Source of the DNA: an uncultured delta proteobacterium
GTDB lineage: Bacteria; Desulfobacterota; Binatia; Binatales; Binataceae
Length of the DNA stretch: 64,000 bases
Reading direction: 5' to 3'
Assembly: GCA_963794325.1 (NCBI GenBank)
Contig: CAWCDG010000002.1
Coordinates: 32,001-96,000 of the forward strand
In this document: positions 10,074 to 18,376 of the stretch, in pieces
Layout of the letters: every line of letters starts with the position of its first letter
Position numbering within the stretch: the stretch's first letter is position 1
Position numbers and translations under genes: made by a program
Notes under the pieces: model-generated
Seen by the model: the letters and a program-made list of their open reading frames with translations, nothing else
The model's database searches: none
Told to the model about the DNA's origin: nothing

Positions 10074-11084
10074 TCACGCCATTAAGTAGAGAGCGCCGAA
10101 GCACAGCGCCATCAGTGGAAATCCGGCGACCAAGCCGATGCGAGCCCATTCGCGGCTCGAAATTCCCAAACGTTGAGCGGCGACGATATTCGGGATGTTG
10201 CCGGGAATCAGCATGCCGCCGCTGATCAGCAGCCCCATCAGGATGCTGCGCTGCTGTGCAACAGACAGCGAAGGACCAATCTCCGCCGCGGTAAGCGTGG
10301 CGTTATCAACCACCGCTGAAATCGAGTTCAGCCAGAACAGCACGCTCTGCGGCAACTGCCGGATGTAGATGTCGACCAGCGGGCGCAATCCCCATGACAG
10401 GCCAACCAGCCCCGCCACAAACAGGTAAACCTTCCCGGCGCGGATAAAAATCTCGGACCAGTTCTCCGTGTGAGCGTCTGCCTTCAGCGAATGCCCGTAC
10501 CTTGCCGGCAGGAACAGACTCAGAATACCGACGATTACTATTCCGATAACGACCAATGGCCCCAGCAATCGCGCGAGGTACCAGAAGTCGGCCCCGAGCG
10601 CTGCGATCGCGATAGTGCCCAGTGGTTCACCTACCGGGGTGAGCGCGGCGCCCAGCCCGATCGCAAAACAGGCCAGCACGACGGCTGCTATCTCGCTTCG
10701 GCGGTCGAGCTTCAGCAACGCTATCGCCTCGACCAAAACCAGGGCCGCTATCACCGCCGTAATCACACTCGAGAGCAGTCCCAGGGCGATGATCAAACCA
10801 AAATAAATCCAACGCGGCTCGACGATCTTCACGAGGCGCTCCACTCCACCGTCGAGCCATGGCCGCACCAGCCGCACGACCACGCCAAAGACCAGGACTG
10901 CAATGGTCAAGGCTATCGGTTCGGTCGCTGCCGCGCGGAACAACTCGCGCCCCCACTGCCCGCTAATCGCAGATGCAAAGGCGCCGACGACCAGGAAGAA
11001 AACTTCTATATTCTGTCCGATCGGCTCGAACATCACCGGACCGAGCAAGACGACGAGTAGAATCGCTCCTAACCCATAGACCAT
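10074..11084 (-). CDS. DUF1646-family multi-pass membrane protein (possible ion transporter)
   Basis: Many TM segments. GLGAALTPVGEPL, SAVVDNATLTAAEI and GGMLIPGNIPNI motifs. Confidence 0.8.
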   Translation of the reverse strand: MVYGLGAILLVVLLGPVMFEPIGQNIEVFFLVVGAFASAISGQWGRELFRAAATEPIALTIAVLVFGVVVRLVRPWLDGGVERLVKIVEPRWIYFGLIIALGLLSSVITAVIAALVLVEAIALLKLDRRSEIAAVVLACFAIGLGAALTPVGEPLGTIAIAALGADFWYLARLLGPLVVIGIVIVGILSLFLPARYGHSLKADAHTENWSEIFIRAGKVYLFVAGLVGLSWGLRPLVDIYIRQLPQSVLFWLNSISAVVDNATLTAAEIGPSLSVAQQRSILMGLLISGGMLIPGNIPNIVAAQRLGISSREWARIGLVAGFPLMALCFGALYLMA

Positions 11085-11118
11085 CAGCAGACCGCTCGAA
11101 AAACTGGGCCTGGCCCGC

Positions 11119-11493
<375 letters not shown>

Positions 11494-11667
11494 CTAGGCT
11501 GCGGGCGCGCGCCAAATCAGCCAGCTCACAGCAATCACAACGCCTGCGGAGGCAGGTATCAGCGGCGCGCCAAACATGATCGCCCCGGCTCCAGCAGCTA
11601 TTGCCGCCGTGATGGTTAGCGCCATGTAGCGCGTGCGGCTCAGGACGGTGATTTTATTGATTGCCAC
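11494..11667 (-). CDS. 57-aa small membrane protein (not in ORF track)
   Basis: MAINKITVLSRTRYMALTITAAIAAGAGAIMFGAPLIPASAGVVIAVSWLIWRAPAA. GTG start overlaps the TPR gene stop (TAGTG) and it fills the gap to glnK. Confidence 0.65.
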   Translation of the reverse strand: MAINKITVLSRTRYMALTITAAIAAGAGAIMFGAPLIPASAGVVIAVSWLIWRAPAA

Positions 11668-12164
11668 TATTCCCGCCTTTTCCTGCGCAACAAACCGGCG
11701 AAGTCAGGCCGCCACGCGAGTCGAGGCGCGCGATGCTCCTCGACGGCGAGCAGATCGCGCGCGATTTTCTTCTCCGCAGAGGTTTCCGCCAAATCCAGCG
11801 CGGTCTGCAATTCTTCCTTCGCCTTTTTTGGGACACCGACGCGCTGATACAGTTCAGCCATTCGCAGATGAGGATAAAAGTTTCGCGGTTGGAGACTGAT
11901 GGCGGTCTCCAGTGCCCGCTCGGCTGCCGGTATATCCAGCGCCTTGGTCAGCGCGATGCCAAGTGCCAAATATCCCATGAATGACTCGGCATCGATCTGC
12001 ACCGTTTGCCTCAGGAGGCCGACCGCCTCATCGATGTGGTTACGCTCCAGTGCATCGATCCCGCGCGCCAGTAGTGCGTGAGCATCTCGTACGATTGGCG
12101 TGGGTCGCTTACCATCCATCGAAGCAGACGAGTCGGTCACTCCTGATTGTAGAGCCGTTTCCAT
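11667..12164 (-). CDS. Tetratricopeptide-repeat protein
   Basis: Repeated helical motifs (GYLALGIAL..AERALETAISLQPRNFYPHLRMAELY). Confidence 0.8.
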   Translation of the reverse strand: METALQSGVTDSSASMDGKRPTPIVRDAHALLARGIDALERNHIDEAVGLLRQTVQIDAESFMGYLALGIALTKALDIPAAERALETAISLQPRNFYPHLRMAELYQRVGVPKKAKEELQTALDLAETSAEKKIARDLLAVEEHRAPRLAWRPDFAGLLRRKRRE

Positions 12165-12172
12165 CTGATAAT

Positions 12173-12265
12173 CTACTTGTCGAAGATGCTCTTGCCGGGT
12201 TTGATGAACTGCCAGCCGACGAAAACCGCCAACATTATGACCATGAAAACAATTTGTCCTGTCAT
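12173..12265 (-). CDS. 30-aa single-pass membrane microprotein (not in ORF track)
   Basis: MTGQIVFMVIMLAVFVGWQFIKPGKSIFDK with AAGGAG RBS. Fills the amtB-TPR gap. Confidence 0.65.
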   Translation of the reverse strand: MTGQIVFMVIMLAVFVGWQFIKPGKSIFDK

Positions 12266-12280
12266 TTTTCTTGCTCCTTG

Positions 12281-13984
12281 TCAGTCTGCCGCCGGCACTT
12301 CAAGCGAGGCGCTCACTAGCTGGAACTCCGGATATCCGAGCGCGCCCATCTCAGGAATGTCGAGGCCTTGCAGTTCGGTTGCGGCGCTCACGCGCTGGCC
12401 CACAACGACGTCAACCAGCCAGTTGAACACGTAAGACAGGGTGAAGATGATGCCGACCAGGGTCGCGCATCCAATCAGCTGCGCTACCAACTGGCTGGGA
12501 TCGCCATAGAACAGCCCGGTGACATTGCCGTTCACGCCGTTCCAGCTCCCTCCATAGTTACTCGTGCCGTCTGCGAAGAGGCCAACCGATATGACACCCC
12601 ATAGACCGCAGGTCCCGTGAACCGAGATCGCGCCGACGGGATCATCAACTTTAAGAACGCGTTCGATGAATTCGACGCTGAGACAGACGAGCATTCCCGC
12701 CGCGAATCCGATGATTGCGGCGCCAACGGTGTTAACGAAACCGCTGGGCGCGGTAATCGCCACAAGTCCAGCCAGCAGACCGTTGCCCGCCATCGAGGCG
12801 TCGGGCTTGCCAAACCGGATCCACATGTAGAGCAGCGAAGCGATCGAACCGGTGCAACCCGCAAGCATAGTGTTAACCGCGATTGTGCCGATGCGAAGGT
12901 TGCCGTTGCCCGACGCGCCCAGGGTGCTGCCCGGATTAAACCCGAACCAGCCGAAGGCGAGGATGAAACACCCGATCAGGACCATCGTCATGTCATGACC
13001 AGGCATCGGGTTGGGCTTGCCAGTCCTCGTGTACTTTCCGATGCGAGGTCCGATGATCATCGAGACCGCCAGGGCGGTTATTCCTCCGACCGCGTGAACC
13101 ACTCCGGAGCCGGCGAAGTCGCAGTAGCCGTGGCCGAGCCCGTAGTTGACGCCGAGCTGAGATGTCCATCCACCGCCCCATGCCCAGTTGCCGTAGAGCG
13201 GGTAAACGATTGCAGCGAGGAAGAAGGTCGAGATCGAGAAGGCGAGGAACTTCCAACGCTCGGCTGCGGCACCCGTGACGATCGTCGCGGCGGTGTCCAT
13301 GAAGACCATCTGGAACAGGAACATTACCATCACGCCGACGTCGTAGGCTGGGCCGCTCAAGAAAAATCCGCGCTCACCGAACAAACCCCAAGGCTTGCCG
13401 CCGATGAAGTTGAACACGAATTCGGAGTTGAGAGGGCTCAGGCCGCCCAAGTTGGTGTTCGGCGCGCATCCCCCCTGCTGCAGCGCAAACCCCATCACCC
13501 AGTAAGCGAACAAACCCCACCCATACACCATGAAGTTCATCATGAAGGTGTGGTTGGCGTTCTTGGCGCGGCACAATCCGGTCTCAACGGCCGCGAACCC
13601 GGCCTGCATGAACATGACCAGATAGCCGGTGACCAGGGTCCACACCAGGTTTATCGCGATTCGGTTCTGGCCGACGGTGTTGACGATGTCGGCAAGACTA
13701 AGACCGGCCTTTGTATCGGTGACCGGAATGTCGTTGACGGTCCCCGTGATGGTACCGCCCGGATCGCCTTTCGCTTGGTCTGCCGCGGAAGGCCCACTGA
13801 TGCCCCTAATGTCGCCGGTTGTGACCGGCACCGATTTCGGCGGGGCCGGCGAAGCGGCTGCGGATGGTGACGCGGCCGGTGCTTGAGCCAGTACGATCGT
13901 AGTCGGCAACAGCCACGCTGCGGCCAGAAGCAGGACCAGCAGCTTGGTGAGCCGATGGCGTGAGCGATTGATTCGTATCAGCAT
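12281..13984 (-). CDS. amtB: Ammonium transporter with signal peptide and long N-terminal extension
   Basis: FMQAGF, DFAGSGVVH, WFGFNPGS, DDPVGAISVHG (twin His) and C-terminal RVSAATELQGLDIPEMG. Start reassigned to 13984. Confidence 0.95.
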   Translation of the reverse strand: MLIRINRSRHRLTKLLVLLLAAAWLLPTTIVLAQAPAASPSAAASPAPPKSVPVTTGDIRGISGPSAADQAKGDPGGTITGTVNDIPVTDTKAGLSLADIVNTVGQNRIAINLVWTLVTGYLVMFMQAGFAAVETGLCRAKNANHTFMMNFMVYGWGLFAYWVMGFALQQGGCAPNTNLGGLSPLNSEFVFNFIGGKPWGLFGERGFFLSGPAYDVGVMVMFLFQMVFMDTAATIVTGAAAERWKFLAFSISTFFLAAIVYPLYGNWAWGGGWTSQLGVNYGLGHGYCDFAGSGVVHAVGGITALAVSMIIGPRIGKYTRTGKPNPMPGHDMTMVLIGCFILAFGWFGFNPGSTLGASGNGNLRIGTIAVNTMLAGCTGSIASLLYMWIRFGKPDASMAGNGLLAGLVAITAPSGFVNTVGAAIIGFAAGMLVCLSVEFIERVLKVDDPVGAISVHGTCGLWGVISVGLFADGTSNYGGSWNGVNGNVTGLFYGDPSQLVAQLIGCATLVGIIFTLSYVFNWLVDVVVGQRVSAATELQGLDIPEMGALGYPEFQLVSASLEVPAAD

Positions 13985-13997
13985 CGAAGTTTTCCCC

Positions 13998-14177
13998 TCA
14001 GGCTTTCCAGATCGCGTCTTTGAGGTGCGCGCTATTGAGAATTCCGATAGACCCGAACAACGCAATGACAAATCCTGCCACCGCGACCAACAGCTGCGCG
14101 TACACCCCCGGCACTTTCACGCTCAGGACGGCTATGAACCATCCGAGCACACAAACTAAAAGACCAAGAATCTTCAT
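13998..14177 (-). CDS. 59-aa two-TM small membrane protein (not in ORF track)
   Basis: MKILGLLVCVLGWFIAVLSVKVPGVYAQLLVAVAGFVIALFGSIGILNSAHLKDAIWKA with strong GGAGGAG RBS. Confidence 0.8.
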   Translation of the reverse strand: MKILGLLVCVLGWFIAVLSVKVPGVYAQLLVAVAGFVIALFGSIGILNSAHLKDAIWKA

Positions 14178-14254
14178 TTCTCCTCCCTCGATTTGACTTC
14201 GGTTCTGAGCACCGACTAACTGGCTCGTCTTTCTTTGTTTGGGACGCCGACTGG

Positions 14255-14431
14255 TTACGGCGCGTTATTCTCGAGCGGTTTGATCCGATAGAACCAAATG
14301 CATGCAGCGATGAGACATACGAGTCCTACTAATGTGAAGATCGGCCCCAACGCGAAAAGTCCACCCACGAAAAATGTGAACCCGATGACGAAAATCAGTA
14401 GCGACCAGCCTTGTTCCCTATTCGCACCCAT
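14255..14431 (-). CDS. 58-aa two-TM small membrane protein
   Basis: MGANREQGWSLLIFVIGFTFFVGGLFALGPIFTLVGLVCLIAACIWFYRIKPLENNAP with GGAGG RBS. Confidence 0.75.
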   Translation of the reverse strand: MGANREQGWSLLIFVIGFTFFVGGLFALGPIFTLVGLVCLIAACIWFYRIKPLENNAP

Positions 14432-14522
14432 TGAGTGAATCCCTCCATTGCATTTCTGCCGGAATTCTCTGAGCCGGATGCCGACTCGAAGCCTTCCGGA
14501 CAAGATGAGACGCTAGCGACAT
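14418..14522 (-). CDS. Possible 34-aa leader ORF of the amt operon
   Basis: AGGAGG 7 nt upstream of ATG 14522. MSLASHLVRKASSRHPAQRIPAEMQWRDSLNGCE overlaps the next start by 14 nt. Confidence 0.4.
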   Translation of the reverse strand: MSLASHLVRKASSRHPAQRIPAEMQWRDSLNGCE

Positions 14523-14582
14523 TTGATGGCCTCCTGAAAAGAATGCAAACTGCGATGAAAATGTTTGTCGATGGATGCGTAG

Positions 14583-14599
14583 TGCAACGCGTATGCCAG
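14583..14599 (-). promoter_or_regulatory. Sigma54 (-24/-12) promoter for the amt operon
   Basis: CTGGCATACGCGTTGCA: GG-N10-GC with TGGCA and TTGCA cores. Confidence 0.75.
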
Positions 14600-14802
14600 T
14601 ACTCATGCAATCGCAAAAGCGGCAAAAGGTCGTACTGATGTACAACCTGCGTTAGTTCATCCGACTAACTAAAGTTATATGTAGAGGCTCAACAAGGTGT
14701 CTAATTCCGGGAATAGCGATCGATGAGAGCGAGGTGGTGATGTTCGAATAGGCGGCATATTGCGCGCTGTCTGAGCACGACAGAGCAAGATGCACGGCCC
14801 AT

Positions 14803-15435
14803 TCAATGTCGCGGATTCACCTTGATCAACCCCTTGCGATAAGCATAATGCGCCAGCTCAACCCGATCGCGAACACCAATCTTGTGAAAAATTTTGTTGA
14901 GCTGGACTTTCACGGTTCCCTCGGTGATCGATAGCAGCTTGGCTACCTCCGCGTTGCGCAACCCCTCCGCGACGTATCGAACGATTGACGACTCGCGCTC
15001 TGTGAGCGGGTTTGATCCTGGGTTGCCGGACCGATCCATGAATTCAGCTCGGGTGGTCGGCGGCGATGAGACGAATCCATCGACCGCTGCCTGCATCGCT
15101 GCGATCAGCGTCTCGAGCGCAAAGCGTTTCTGCACCACGGCGCGAGCCCCCAGCCTGAGGGCGGCGGCGGAATCCTCCGAGCTTTCGCTCGCAGTAAGCA
15201 CGACGACGATCGCGCGACGCGACAACCATTCAATTTCGTTCATCACCCACTGGTCCATCTGCAGATCGAGCAGAACAACATCGCAGGGCGTGCCAGAGAC
15301 GATGGTCTCAAGCTCGCCAGACCTCTCCACTTCAGCCACGACTTCGAAGCGATTGTAGGTCGCGAGCAGCGCCTTCAAACCCTCTCGAAAAACCGCGTGG
15401 TCGTCCGCAATTATGAGTCGAATCGGTGTCTGCAT
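14803..15435 (-). CDS. NarL/LuxR-family response regulator
   Basis: IIADDHAVFREGL, VVLLDL, LTERE..GLRNAEVAKLLSITEGTVK HTH. Confidence 0.93.
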   Translation of the reverse strand: MQTPIRLIIADDHAVFREGLKALLATYNRFEVVAEVERSGELETIVSGTPCDVVLLDLQMDQWVMNEIEWLSRRAIVVVLTASESSEDSAAALRLGARAVVQKRFALETLIAAMQAAVDGFVSSPPTTRAEFMDRSGNPGSNPLTERESSIVRYVAEGLRNAEVAKLLSITEGTVKVQLNKIFHKIGVRDRVELAHYAYRKGLIKVNPRH

Positions 15436-15437
15436 AA

Positions 15438-16523
15438 TCAAGCCGTTGGCAAGTCGATTTGCAGGTGCGCACCCGAGCGCCCCTGTGCAATCATCCTGAG
15501 TTCGCCGCCGACCTCGGCCACCCTGGAGGCAATCGACCACGGTGGACGATCCGGCTCGGCAAATCCTATTCCATCGTCGTCGATGGTGATCCTGATCGTA
15601 TCGTCCAACCCTTGAACGCTGGCCGTCACCATGTGCGGCCTGCCGTGCTGCTGGGCGTTGCGCATGCCCTCAAGCACGATCTGCAGAGCGTGCTCGACCA
15701 GCACCGAGCTCGCGGCGAAATTGGCATTCACCTGGAATCTCGTCTGGTCGATGGTCCGAGCGCCCGGATCCAAGGGGTTATATCGAGTATTCGCGAGAGA
15801 GTGAAGGTACTTCCTCACCTCGTCGTATTCCCGCGTGACTTCGACTTGTATCCCTATAACTTCGGTGCGCGCCTTGGATGGCTGATTCTGATCGAGCCAT
15901 CGTTCACAAGCTCCGAGACGCAGATTTATCGCGGCGAGCGCCTGTACGTAGCCATCATGCAGATCGCGCGCTATGGCCTGACGCTCGGCCGCGCTTTCGA
16001 GATCGTGCACGCGTGCCTCAAACTTCTCGCGCTGGTCGGCAAAGAAACCGATTACATAGCCGGTAATCGCGAGGTAGGCAGCTCTCATCATGTATAAATT
16101 CGAGACAAAGTGCGAAGCGAACGAAATCGCAACCAGGTACATGATTACGCTGAACACTGTCACCCCAAGGCAGGTCCGCGGGTTGAATCGGAACCCGGCC
16201 GCAACGATCGCAAAAACAAAGAAAACGAAAGCCGGACTGGTGGGCCGGCCCTCAGTGATAAACGCCACGGCGGTAGCAAAAAACACGTCCAGCGGAACCG
16301 AGATGGTCGCCAAGTCGTGGTGGGCCAAGGTCTTTTGCAAAGCGATGTAGATCAAAATGCTGTACCCGAGATGGGCCAGCAGAACGCCGAGGGCATACGG
16401 CTCGATTCCAAGGAAACCGCCATTGGTGGGATCTATAAAAATCGAGAGGAGCGCGATGAGCGACACAAAAATCCTGCCCCGGCCGATTGCGAGATCGGGA
16501 TCCGTTGTCGTCAAGTTGCTCAT
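15438..16523 (-). CDS. HisKA_3-type membrane sensor histidine kinase
   Basis: N-terminal TM helices, ERQAIARDLHDG, EGMRNAQQH, DDGIGF. G2 box atypical (PWSIASRV). Confidence 0.9.
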   Translation of the reverse strand: MSNLTTTDPDLAIGRGRIFVSLIALLSIFIDPTNGGFLGIEPYALGVLLAHLGYSILIYIALQKTLAHHDLATISVPLDVFFATAVAFITEGRPTSPAFVFFVFAIVAAGFRFNPRTCLGVTVFSVIMYLVAISFASHFVSNLYMMRAAYLAITGYVIGFFADQREKFEARVHDLESAAERQAIARDLHDGYVQALAAINLRLGACERWLDQNQPSKARTEVIGIQVEVTREYDEVRKYLHSLANTRYNPLDPGARTIDQTRFQVNANFAASSVLVEHALQIVLEGMRNAQQHGRPHMVTASVQGLDDTIRITIDDDGIGFAEPDRPPWSIASRVAEVGGELRMIAQGRSGAHLQIDLPTA

Positions 16524-16889
16524 ACCTGAGAACCTCTCTCCCGGACATTTTGGGACACTCCGGACATCGAGCTTCATTAGCGTCGCCCGCCTCGTGACGT
16601 CGGGCGCACTAATCAATCAAGCAACGATGCCGTGTTAACGCAAAAGTGGCAATAGCGGTCGGAACTCGAGCGACTGCATGACCAGCTCAGCGAAATCGAG
16701 TACAGCGCCAACCCGAACACTTAGGATGCGCTTCCATTCAACTCCACGGCACCATGTAGAAGGGCGGCCGATGCGAACCATCGAGCCAAAGATCTTGCAC
16801 AACAGTCCGGTGATTCCAAATCGCCTGGCTCCTGAATCGCATCGTGCAGCGTTCAGTTGGTCAATCACAATGTTTTGCCTGACCTTGGT

Positions 16890-17327
16890 CTACCGATCCC
16901 CGCGAGAAGTGCGGGTCGGCAGGCGGTACAGCACGAGATCGAGGCCGGGAATATCCTCGAAGTCGCGCCGATTCCTGGTCAGGAATTGGTGAGAGTGCTG
17001 CACGGCTTGGCTGGCAAGCCAGAGATCCTGCACACGGTACCGATGCTGCCGGCCGGCAGCGCGGATTTGGGCGGCCAAACTACCGAATATGTCGCCTGTG
17101 ACGCCATCTACAACGAGGAGCGGTTTGCGTCGAATCCGGTGGAGCGCGGCGAGCCGCCGCTGACGTATCCGCGGTTCATCCGCAACCTCAGCTCCGAACC
17201 GCAGTTCGGCAATGGTGATCGGTGACAGATAGACGGGTTCGTTGTTGGTGAGAGTGGCGACATCCGCTGGGGCCAGGTGGCCGCGCTCTACGTCGATCCA
17301 CACGCAGGTATCGATCAGGAAGCCCAC
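16890..17327 (-). CDS. VapC PIN-domain toxin
   Basis: FLIDTCVWID, SPITIAELRFG, QDLWLASQA, LTRNRRDF. Confidence 0.92.
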   Translation of the reverse strand: MGFLIDTCVWIDVERGHLAPADVATLTNNEPVYLSPITIAELRFGAEVADEPRIRQRRLAALHRIRRKPLLVVDGVTGDIFGSLAAQIRAAGRQHRYRVQDLWLASQAVQHSHQFLTRNRRDFEDIPGLDLVLYRLPTRTSRGDR

Positions 17328-17590
17328 GGATCGCGAACGCCTCTGGCGACTTTGCTCCCCTTCCAGTGAGTCGCTCTGGCATCCTTCTCCCAAGTTGCCG
17401 CGACGTCCTCAGGAAGCGTGCGGTAGAGGTCAGCCATCGCTTCAAGTGCATTTTGGTGACCCGGCCCGCCGACCAGCCGCGCAATTTGCTCATGGTTTCG
17501 CTCGATCACAATTTCCTCTCCGTTCGCCACAACGCGGTCGAGTACGCGACGGAGGTTGCGGGCCAATTCGGTAGCGGTAATCGTTTTCAT
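17315..17590 (-). CDS. Phd/YefM-family antitoxin
   Basis: MKTITATELARNLRRVLDRV..EEIVIERN. Overlaps vapC. Confidence 0.9.
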   Translation of the reverse strand: MKTITATELARNLRRVLDRVVANGEEIVIERNHEQIARLVGGPGHQNALEAMADLYRTLPEDVAATWEKDARATHWKGSKVARGVRDPWAS

Positions 17591-17600
17591 AGGTAATCAG

Positions 17601-17625
17601 TATAATCTGATCCTCTCAGATAATA
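17601..17625. promoter_or_regulatory. Inverted repeat, likely TA autoregulatory operator
   Basis: TATAATCTGA-N5-TCAGATAATA (9/10 palindrome) 10 nt upstream of the antitoxin ATG. Confidence 0.6.
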
Positions 17626-17792
17626 CAGATCCTTACGACCCGCCAGCTCACTGGTCTCAAGGAACTGCGAGGAATCCTCGACGAGATCAAGCCCGGCAGC
17701 GGGCATCGCGGTGCTGGTTCACGCTCGCTTGGCGGTCTTTGAACGGCGGACGGTTTTTCGAAGACGTTTGTTTGCTTCTTCGATCGAGAAAT

Positions 17793-17867
17793 TGGTGGGC
17801 GGTGCAGGTTTCGAACCTGCGACCCCCGGCTTGTAAGGCCGATGCTCTACCACTGAGCTAACCGCCC
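17793..17867 (-). tRNA. tRNA-Val (anticodon TAC) with encoded CCA
   Basis: GGGCGGTTAGCTCAGTGGTAGAGCATCGGCCTTACAAGCCGGGGGTCGCAGGTTCGAAACCTGCACCGCCCACCA cloverleaf. Confidence 0.98.
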
Positions 17868-17884
17868 GCGCTCGAAATGTTAGC

Positions 17885-17935
17885 AAAAAAAGACGGCCCG
17901 CGTGCCATCGACACCCGGGCCGTTCTTTCTTTTTC
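17885..17935. terminator. Intrinsic terminator after hupB, possibly bidirectional
   Basis: ACGGCCCG/CGGGCCGT stem flanked by an A7 run and a T-rich run. Confidence 0.6.
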
Positions 17936-17965
17936 AGTGAATTGAATCGAGCGCTGCGATCGCGT

Positions 17966-18283
17966 TTAGGAACCGGTCGGCGGCGACGACGCCGGCGCTG
18001 CGCCGACGCCTTCGTTCAGCGAGTCCTTCAACTGCTTGCCCGGCTTGAACTTTGCCGATCGGCTCGCCGAGATCTCGATCGATTCGCCGGTTTTTGGATT
18101 GCGTCCGGTGCGCGCCTGCCGTTCCGATACTGAAAACGTGCCGAAGCCTGAGATGTTCACGCGCTCGCCCTGGCGCAACGCTGCAATGACGTCGTCGAGC
18201 ACGATGTTAATTGCGCGTTCGGCGTCTGCCTTGTTGAGAGGAAGCTTGTTTGACAACGCCTCGATGAGTTCAGCCTTGGTCAT
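17966..18283 (-). CDS. hupB: HU family DNA-binding protein
   Basis: MTKAELI..GFGTFSV..RTGRNPKTGE..KFKPGKQLKD. Follows lon. Confidence 0.93.
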   Translation of the reverse strand: MTKAELIEALSNKLPLNKADAERAINIVLDDVIAALRQGERVNISGFGTFSVSERQARTGRNPKTGESIEISASRSAKFKPGKQLKDSLNEGVGAAPASSPPTGS

Positions 18284-18376
18284 ATTTTCCTTCGGCGGTC
18301 TGACAAAAATCCTCGACCGCAATTTGAGCCGCGCATTCCGGACGGCCGGAATGCGCGAAGTCCCCCGCTCAGCAAT

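Noticed and set aside
13985-14071. ORF-track N-terminal extension of amtB
   Set aside because: Overlaps the 59-aa membrane ORF, which has a strong RBS. ATG 13984 gives a normal signal peptide.
16615-16640. Sigma54-like CGGCATCGTTGCT upstream of the kinase
   Set aside because: GG-to-GC spacing is 7, not 10
16635-16868. 77-aa minus-strand ORF between vapC and the kinase
   Set aside because: No motif, RBS or typical composition that I can support
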